Assembly: GCA_030528445.1 (NCBI GenBank)
Contig: JAUMYV010000001.1
Location: 5,968 to 69,967, forward strand
Length of the DNA stretch: 64,000 nt
Direction: 5' to 3'
Origin: Porphyromonadaceae bacterium
GTDB taxonomy: Bacteria > Bacteroidota > Bacteroidia > Bacteroidales > Porphyromonadaceae
A program made the translations under genes and the position numbers. Positions 57,105 to 64,000 of the stretch are shown piece by piece; positions within the stretch are counted from its first letter, which is position 1, and each line of letters begins with the position of its first letter. The notes beneath the pieces were generated by a model. That model was not told the origin of the DNA. It was given only the letters and a program-made list of their open reading frames with translations, and searched no databases.

Positions 57105-57940
57105 GCAAGCCTTCGAGGCTGTAAGCAGATAACCCAAGCGTGTCGCAAGCCCAGAAATGGGGGTTAGCGACACGCTTGACTCGTTGATTATAGATCGACC
57201 AAAAAGTCGAAAAGCGCAGATAAACATCAGGTGGTGTGTCGGAATGCACAAAATGCTGTGTTGCTTGCGATATTTGCTCCGCACGGACTTCGTCGTCAGC
57301 CTCAGTCTTAGCGCCCTCTCCCGCACGATTGCTCGCCTCGGCATAGCTGGAGTAAACTCAGCTCTGTTCTCGGCTTACACAATTCTTGCATTTTGCACAT
57401 TCTGAGGCACCTAAAAAGGGACTGGGCAAAAGCGAGTTTTGCCAAAGGTCTCTTCAATTGGGATGTGCAAAGTGAATATATGATTACTAGGTGTTCTTCT
57501 AATCAGCCCCTAGTTTTTCATTTGATGCTTGAATTTGCTCTGCGTGGAGTTGAGGCCTGCTTTTTGCCCAAGCGGGCAAAAAGCAGTAATTTTGTGGGTG
57601 GCTATGGTGTCTCGATATGGGGCTTAATCGGGGGTAGGTGTAAGACCTGTGTAGACGGATGCGTTGCCGTGTATATGCGCTGGCATGCTCTAGAGGGTCT
57701 CTATAAGGCGGTATATTAGGGTGCTACCCTGTTCTGAGCCAGCGCAAAGCTTGCTCAAGGTAGGCTTCGGGTGTACTCTCTTGATGTAGAGAGTATTGGT
57801 TTCCGATGTCTTCCAATCCTAGTCCAATATATGCCCCTAATAAACCATTGACCCTTTGCCTCGGTGAAAGGTCAATGGTATGAAATCGGATGACCGGCCA
57901 ATCCCATAGTTGTCATGGGATACTTACGCGATAACGTGTC

Positions 57941-59017
57941 ATGGACAGATCAAGACCAAAGACGAACTTAGCTATACAGCCTCGTCTATACAGATATAAC
58001 TACAAGAGGCAGAGTTATGCCAGGACTCTCCGGGGGGAGGCTAATCCCTCCGTTGGGGGTGTTTGTGTAGATCGGCTCGCACGCGTGCAAGCCTTAACCC
58101 CATCCCTCATACCCCTGCTCTGCCTCATCATCCTCTTGTCTGCTTGCTCCAAGGCGACCAATGAGCCTCAGGGGAGTACGCCCCTTGCTCCCATAGTACG
58201 CCCTAAGCTCCCCATAGAGTATATGGCAGAGCGTAATGTAGATCAGTCTGGTCACGGCTTTGTAGAGAGCGATAGATGGCAAGACTGTGGTTACTTCACT
58301 TACGAGGAGGCAAGTCGGATTGATATAGCAGGTTATCATCTGCCTAGTCCCGAAGAAATGAACGGTATCCTACCCATACCACACCGAGAGCAGCACATGA
58401 CTAACCCTAATGGCTACCCTAAAACTTATATGGGTATCCCTAAGGATTTCAATGCCGCCCCTCCCATACTGATAAGTGATGACCAAGAGCTTATGGAGGT
58501 AGCAGGCGAGAGAGGGCTATATAGCTCGCTCTATGGTGTAGTAGGAGCTTACACGGGTCGACGTGCCGCCTATGCCCTGCGCTTCTGGGACGAGAGGGAG
58601 CGTAAGTATTACTCAGCTTTCCGCTACGAGATACAACGTACACAAGCAGGCACTCGCCTAGACGAGAGCTTGACTCAGTACCGCCTACAGATACGGGTTC
58701 GCTATCTAGGCAAGCACAGCTCCCTACGCCTGACTCCCCAAGATATGGAACTAGTCTGTAGCGAGGATTGGTGGGCTAAGGGTGGGGAGAGAGATATTGT
58801 AGCCTACCTACCTAATTGTGGTTTTATCTTTGACCCTTCTTCTCCCGAGCGACACCCCAGTGTCCTAGGGACTATCGGACGTTATTGGCTCAAAGAGAGC
58901 GAGAGCCCAGAGCTCAAGCGATACCGCTACCTAGAAATCAGCAATAAGGCTACTGGTATGGACGGGCACGAGGTCTTCCCTAGGCTCCCCGTACGTCTAT
59001 TTCGCAATCACAACTAA
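57941..59017 (+). CDS. hypothetical lipoprotein; the true start is probably internal (GTG at about 58084)
   Basis: 358-aa ORF; the signal peptide and lipobox (LIPLLCLIILLSAC) begin about 48 aa in and the preceding sequence is unusually basic. Confidence 0.55.
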   Translation: MDRSRPKTNLAIQPRLYRYNYKRQSYARTLRGEANPSVGGVCVDRLARVQALTPSLIPLLCLIILLSACSKATNEPQGSTPLAPIVRPKLPIEYMAERNVDQSGHGFVESDRWQDCGYFTYEEASRIDIAGYHLPSPEEMNGILPIPHREQHMTNPNGYPKTYMGIPKDFNAAPPILISDDQELMEVAGERGLYSSLYGVVGAYTGRRAAYALRFWDERERKYYSAFRYEIQRTQAGTRLDESLTQYRLQIRVRYLGKHSSLRLTPQDMELVCSEDWWAKGGERDIVAYLPNCGFIFDPSSPERHPSVLGTIGRYWLKESESPELKRYRYLEISNKATGMDGHEVFPRLPVRLFRNHN

Positions 59018-59052
59018 GAAATCAAGTTCTAAATATCTAAGATAGCTCGACG

Positions 59053-60306
59053 ATGAAGATACTTCATAACCTAAGCAGAGTATGCTACATGCTCTTGCTA
59101 CTTTGCTTTGCCTTGGCTTGTCGGCAAGAAGAGCCTGAGCAGAGTGTTGCAACGGAGGCTATCTCCCCCTTAGCTACACTCCCCCAACAGCTCAATGAGG
59201 CGGGGATTAGCCTAGATAATCCCAAAGGCCTGCTTATCCTATCGGAGGGTAACTTCTCCAGCGAAGCAGGACACCTCAGCTTCGTAGACCAAGCCCAAGG
59301 AACCATAGCCAACGGCATTGTTCAAGCGGTGAATGCTCGCCGTCTAGGATCCGTTGCACAAGACTTAGCTGTATATCAAGGGAGGCTCTATGTCCTCAGC
59401 CAAAATGGAGATACTAGAGCACAGGGACAAATGAAACAGATTGCCGTCTTTGATAAGTCTTTTCGCCACATCGAGGACTATGATCTAGATATAGCGATAG
59501 ACCCTACGGATTATAGTCGCCCAAGGCGGATAGGCATCAGTAACGACCGCGCTTATATCTACTTCAAGGAAGAGATATATGAGTGTGCTTTAGACAGTGA
59601 ACCGCGAGGTGATTGCTACGAAGTGGACGAGATCTCCCAAGCCCTAGACGAGCGGCTCTATACTATTCATCAAGGTGGCAAGGAATACTTAATGATTGCA
59701 GGCAAACGAAATATCTATCGTTTGGGGAGGAACCTAGAGGTAAGCTCCTTTGCCCTCCCCTATGGACAACGTGTGCTTGCTATGGCAGTAGCCCCTAAGC
59801 TGGCAGATCGAGACGACATATATACCTGGGTGCTCGTCGAAGACGAAGCCAAGGGTAGCAACGTCCTTGTCAAACTCCGCAACCTCGAGCAGGAAGCGGT
59901 CTATGACCTCCCCCTAAGGATAGCGGGTCGCCAGCCTCAAGACATCTCACTCCTAGCTATAGAGTTGAATCTTGGTACTGCCCTAGTGTTTAAGGAGCAA
60001 GGGCAGATATACCGCTTCAATACTTGGGACAAGACATTGCACAGCCTCTACACTTCGGGGAATGGTGGACGCAATAAGCTCTATGGTATGCTTGGTCTCT
60101 CGCCTCGCCGAGGTTCTATCTACTTCTCGGAATTTACGGATTACGCTCAATTTGCTGCGGCTTGGGTAGGGGAGTTGGATTTGATGGGACGAGTACGCAA
60201 GACCTACCCTGTCTCCCCCGCCACGGAGGTGGGCTTATCGACGTCGGGCTTGTATACGCCCTTCTGTGCTGGTATCTATCCTATCGAGGCATTGTATACT
60301 TATTAG
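59053..60306 (+). CDS. hypothetical lipoprotein
   Basis: 417 aa with signal peptide and lipobox LAC. Confidence 0.6.
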   Translation: MKILHNLSRVCYMLLLLCFALACRQEEPEQSVATEAISPLATLPQQLNEAGISLDNPKGLLILSEGNFSSEAGHLSFVDQAQGTIANGIVQAVNARRLGSVAQDLAVYQGRLYVLSQNGDTRAQGQMKQIAVFDKSFRHIEDYDLDIAIDPTDYSRPRRIGISNDRAYIYFKEEIYECALDSEPRGDCYEVDEISQALDERLYTIHQGGKEYLMIAGKRNIYRLGRNLEVSSFALPYGQRVLAMAVAPKLADRDDIYTWVLVEDEAKGSNVLVKLRNLEQEAVYDLPLRIAGRQPQDISLLAIELNLGTALVFKEQGQIYRFNTWDKTLHSLYTSGNGGRNKLYGMLGLSPRRGSIYFSEFTDYAQFAAAWVGELDLMGRVRKTYPVSPATEVGLSTSGLYTPFCAGIYPIEALYTY

Positions 60307-60356
60307 ACAGAGTAACATAACCACAATATAGCAACAAAGACAACTATTTATATCAA

Positions 60357-61694
60357 ATGAACAAATCAAGAAACTCAAAAAAACTCGCCTCGGGCATACT
60401 TGCCCTAACGGCGGTATTGGCTACAGCCTGCTCACAGAGCAGTTTAGAGCCTAAGTTGCAAACAGAGGACTTAGTCCCAGGACAGACACTTGAGCTGTCC
60501 ACTATTGACAGGATTTTAGTCAATCAGACAGAGTATGACCTCAAGAGTGATAGCCTCGTACTGGTATCACTCTACAAGGCTATGGGAGGGGCTAGCTGGT
60601 TCCGCAATGAGAACTGGCTCACAAGCGAACCTCTGGAGAACTGGCATGGTGTACACACCAAGGAGGTAGATGGCAAGCAACGTGTATATGCGCTCTACAT
60701 AGGTGGCAATAATCTGCGCGGAGCTATCCCCTCTAGCATCAAGTACCTAACGGCTCTACATACCCTGCAGCTCAAGCACAATTACCATATAGAGGGCTCG
60801 ATTCCCGAGGGCATCTTCGATCTAGTTAAGCTGCGCACTCTAGACCTTAGCTTCACAGGCGTAACGGGGGAGCTAAGCTCCAAGGTCGGTCAGCTTACAG
60901 ACCTAGACTCCCTCAATCTATGGACTGGTCCTTGGGACCTACGTAAATCGGGACAGTACCTCCCTAATCCTCGCCGACTATCTGGGACACTCCCCAAGGA
61001 GCTGGGTAAACTTAGCAAGGCGCGCTACATCAGCGTATACAATCAGAACTTCTCGGGGCAAATCCCCAGCGAACTCTCGGGGCTAACATCTGTAGAGGAG
61101 CTTAGCTTACAGGGGAATGCATTCTCGGGCAATATCCCAGCGAGTCTTGGGAACTTACAGCGTGTACGAAAGCTCTATTTGGGTGAGAATAAACTCGTTG
61201 GCACTATCCCTAGTGAACTATGTAATACGGCTACTCTTGAGGAGCTTATCCTCAGCCATAATCAGCTAGAAGGCTCACTACCCCAGGCTATGGCCAAATG
61301 GCAAAGGCTTAACCTCTTGGATGTAAACAGCAATCGCCTATCGGGTGAGCTCCCTGCAGAACTAGCCGATATGAAAGATCTATTTAAGTTGGATATTCGC
61401 AACAACGGCTTCGAGGGCTCGCTCCCCGTTCGCCTTGGTGGTGAACAGCAAGACTTCCTTCGCTTCGTAGATGTGCGCAACAATAACTTATCGGGGGCAT
61501 TCCCTGCTAAGGTCGCTCACAAGCTGCGCGAACTAGAGCCTAATGGGGTATATCCTTTCTCTAAATTTTTCTATACGGAGTATCGCATATCAGGCAACCG
61601 CTTCTCGGGCGAGCTACCCACAGCCTACCAAGATGTAGACCGTGAGTTTATCCTCCCCCAGCAGAGTGGGTATAGCTTTGCGAACTACAAATAG
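60357..61694 (+). CDS. leucine-rich-repeat lipoprotein (plant/internalin-type LxxLxLxxNxLxGxIP repeats)
   Basis: 445 aa with lipobox ATAC and about ten 24-residue LRRs. Confidence 0.7.
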   Translation: MNKSRNSKKLASGILALTAVLATACSQSSLEPKLQTEDLVPGQTLELSTIDRILVNQTEYDLKSDSLVLVSLYKAMGGASWFRNENWLTSEPLENWHGVHTKEVDGKQRVYALYIGGNNLRGAIPSSIKYLTALHTLQLKHNYHIEGSIPEGIFDLVKLRTLDLSFTGVTGELSSKVGQLTDLDSLNLWTGPWDLRKSGQYLPNPRRLSGTLPKELGKLSKARYISVYNQNFSGQIPSELSGLTSVEELSLQGNAFSGNIPASLGNLQRVRKLYLGENKLVGTIPSELCNTATLEELILSHNQLEGSLPQAMAKWQRLNLLDVNSNRLSGELPAELADMKDLFKLDIRNNGFEGSLPVRLGGEQQDFLRFVDVRNNNLSGAFPAKVAHKLRELEPNGVYPFSKFFYTEYRISGNRFSGELPTAYQDVDREFILPQQSGYSFANYK

Positions 61695-61837
61695 GCTTCT
61701 ATTGGCTAGACACTGTTGCGTGGGTAATACCGCGACCTCCAAATGGTGCCCCCAAAGAGGTTTGGTATTACCCCGCCAACGGCGTCCAAAAGACAAGATA
61801 AAAACAGAACTATTTAATTAATAACTAAGACCTCACT

Positions 61838-63355
61838 ATGAATAAAAATATTAGTCTAAGCTTGGGATTAGCTCTATTGTTTTCGCTCTCGGCTTGCAAG
61901 CAAGAACCTTTGCCCCAAGAACCTCAATCCAAACCTACTCCCGAGAAACCTACTGAGCCAGAAAAGCCGACAGAGCCAGAGCAGCCTGCCGAACCAAACA
62001 AGCCAGAACCTAAGGGGTTTGAAGCTGGCGACTTCAAAGAAGAGATGCTTGTCGATGGTGTGCTTACCCTGCCCGACCATTTTACGAGCATTACCAGCCA
62101 TGCCCTAGATGCTCATAAGGTAAATATCAGGGAGGTTGTAGCTCCAGGAGTTGCCGAGGTAGCCCCCGAGGTATTTATGGGTGCAACAAGCCTGAGCAAA
62201 CTCTCTCTGCCTAAGGTGGCGAAACTTGGCAATAAGGCATTTGAGGACTGCAATAGCTTGACCATGCTCGACTTGCCCGAGCTTATAGAAGTAGGTGAGA
62301 ATTGCTTCGCTGGGTGTACTGCACTCAATAGCCTAATGCTCCCCAAGCTCATGAAGGTTGGCAATAAGGCTTTTGAGCAGTGCAACAGTCTGACAAAGGT
62401 GGATCTGCCAGCCTTGGAAGAATTGGGCGAAGAGTCCCTTGCTATGTGCCTCAACCTAGCTGAGGTTAACTTCCCGATGCTTAAGAAGGTGGGGGATAAG
62501 GCTTTCTTCTTCAATTATAACCTATATAAAATCACTCTAGGGGGGACGAAGCCCGAAATGTCAGCCACAGCATTTCAAAATACATCAGTTGCCAAGGAAC
62601 TATACATCCCCGAGGGCGCTGTAGCTGATTATACCGATTGGGCTAATGAAGTGTACTTCATCAGCATTAATGGCAAGATGGAGATACTTACCAAAAACTT
62701 CAGCACATTGCCCAAGGGATTAAGAATACAGAACAAGAATGGGAATAGCATTCTCAAAAGACGTGGGGAGGATGAAATAACGCTGAAAGACTTTGTCCTA
62801 TCTAGAGAAGCTAAAGTTATTGATGAAGGCGTGTTTAATGGGTTCGAATACGCAGATGATGAGCTAGAAGGCTACTTTGCTGCGTATGGTGTAGAAAAGT
62901 TAAAGTCAGGGGCATTCTACTCGCATAGAGGTTTCTCTCTGATAGAGTTGCCCAATGCCACAAGCATAGCCAGTGGTATGTTTGGCGATGCTAAGGGCAT
63001 CAAGCACATTATTCTCCCCAAACTTGCTCACGTGCAATCTAATGTGTTTGAGCGTACGGGGATTGAGTATATCCAACTACAAAATGCCAAACAGATTGAT
63101 AAGCATGCTTTCTCTGGATGCCAAGACTTAAAATATCTCATTTTAGGTGCGACCCCTCCCAAAACACCAGAATTGGTGGATAAGAACTCTCCCCTTAACG
63201 ATAGTATCTTTGGTCTTGATTCTGGCGGTAGCCCCGTTAAGCCTGGGCAGGTTACCATAGTTGTGCCAGACGAAGCTCTCGCTAAGTATGCAGGTTGGAA
63301 GACCAAATACACGCAGGTCAAGGAGGTCATCCCTGTAAGCAAATTCAAACGCTAG
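61838..63355 (+). CDS. BspA-type leucine-rich-repeat (LRR_5) surface lipoprotein
   Basis: 505 aa with lipobox SAC, a Pro/Glu-rich PEKPTEPE linker and repeated VGNKAFEQCNSLTKVDLP units. Confidence 0.7.
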   Translation: MNKNISLSLGLALLFSLSACKQEPLPQEPQSKPTPEKPTEPEKPTEPEQPAEPNKPEPKGFEAGDFKEEMLVDGVLTLPDHFTSITSHALDAHKVNIREVVAPGVAEVAPEVFMGATSLSKLSLPKVAKLGNKAFEDCNSLTMLDLPELIEVGENCFAGCTALNSLMLPKLMKVGNKAFEQCNSLTKVDLPALEELGEESLAMCLNLAEVNFPMLKKVGDKAFFFNYNLYKITLGGTKPEMSATAFQNTSVAKELYIPEGAVADYTDWANEVYFISINGKMEILTKNFSTLPKGLRIQNKNGNSILKRRGEDEITLKDFVLSREAKVIDEGVFNGFEYADDELEGYFAAYGVEKLKSGAFYSHRGFSLIELPNATSIASGMFGDAKGIKHIILPKLAHVQSNVFERTGIEYIQLQNAKQIDKHAFSGCQDLKYLILGATPPKTPELVDKNSPLNDSIFGLDSGGSPVKPGQVTIVVPDEALAKYAGWKTKYTQVKEVIPVSKFKR

Positions 63356-63359
63356 TTTA

Positions 63360-64000
63360 TGAAGACGATTCTATGTTTTACGCTCTCGGCACTTATGTTA
63401 GCTTCGGCTTGCAATAGGATGCCCGAGGGCGTAAAGCCCATCAAGACAGAGGGCGAAGAGACTACCCCCAAAAATACAGAGCCAACAACGCCCAAAACTC
63501 CCGAAGAGCCTCAGAAACCTCAGAATCTCAAAGTCTTTACAGCCAAAGACCTCAAGGTGGAGATGCTTATCGATGGCGTACTAACGATCCCGAGTGAGTA
63601 TGGCGAATTGGCTCCAGAGTCCCTCAAAGGCCGCACAGATATCTCCGCCCTTGTGGCAGAGGGCGTCATTAAAGTGGGGGATAATGCTTTGGAGCAGTGT
63701 ACTAAGCTCAAGCGAGTGCTACTGCCTAAGGCTACTCATCTAGGAAGTAACGTTTTCTGGAAGTGCTACGAACTACGTCATGTTGGTATCCCTAAGGTTG
63801 AGTACATCGGCGGGCAGGCCTTCTATGCCGTATTGGAGCTGGAAGAGGTTGTGATGGGTAGCCGTGTACCGCAGGCTAGTAGTGATGCTTTTAAGTATAG
63901 TACAGTGGGCAAGGTGCTGAGTGTAGCCGTAGGCAGCGAGCAGGCTTTTAGGCACTTTGCTAGCACGCACCGCTTCGCCAGTATCAAAGGGGCGAACCCT
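63360..64000 (+). CDS. BspA-type LRR lipoprotein, paralog of 61838-63355; 5' part only (runs off the window)
   Basis: Manual translation gives MKTILCFTLSALMLASACNRMPEG… with a Pro-rich linker and IKVGDNALEQCTKLKRVLLP LRR_5 units. It is absent from the ORF track because no stop codon falls in the window. Confidence 0.6.

Noticed and set aside
57157-57719. Overlapping ORFs 57157-57405 (+), 57393-57719 (+) and 56952-57344 (-)
   Set aside because: They are mutually overlapping, lack signal peptides and domains, and are riddled with perfect hairpins. I treat the region as non-coding (see findings).

Overview
This 64-kb window looks like a Bacteroidota chromosome of Porphyromonas type. The evidence is a gingivalis-like succinate-to-butyrate pathway, a T9SS C-terminal sorting tail, BspA-type LRR lipoproteins, and dnaA with an AT-rich upstream region. 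Coding density is high and GC is moderately high. I saw no transposase or integrase, no CRISPR array and no rRNA.

Reading left to right, the window contains:
(1) One minus-strand operon encoding the whole 4-hydroxybutyrate route from succinyl-CoA to butyryl-CoA: abfD, nifU-like, cat2, 4hbD, sucD, bcd, etfB, etfA.
(2) A 578-aa SWIM zinc-finger protein lying convergent to a truncated dcw cell-wall cluster (rsmH, ftsL-like, ftsI, murE, mraY). murD and later genes are not downstream, and mraZ is absent upstream.
(3) yidC and pyrG.
(4) L31, a DUF389-like membrane protein and a 1909-aa alpha-2-macroglobulin-family protein.
(5) A tRNA-related cluster on the minus strand: tRNA-Leu, yihY-family, a small RHH-like ORF, tadA and rnz. 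A TonB-dependent receptor and a ~1.1-kb AT-rich candidate oriC follow, upstream of dnaA.
(6) A C10-family cysteine peptidase with a T9SS CTD, an ABC-2 exporter pair and a low-molecular-weight tyrosine phosphatase.
(7) A minus-strand housekeeping run: nagB, flavodiiron protein, lgt, meso-DAP dehydrogenase, ffh, panD, tRNA-Gly and tRNA-Tyr, ribH, and a TPR protein.
(8) An island of surface lipoproteins (Big_2, transglutaminase-like, plant-type and BspA-type LRR) running to the window end.

The non-coding signals most worth a second look are a three-copy, roughly 300-bp modular intergenic repeat family and two further short motif families. Each copy of the large repeat is oriented toward the gene downstream of it, and one copy lies in the dnaA upstream region. 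The two short motif families recur in ORF-poor regions rich in hairpins. A reverse-complement pair of near-identical 36-bp terminator-like hairpins is also present.
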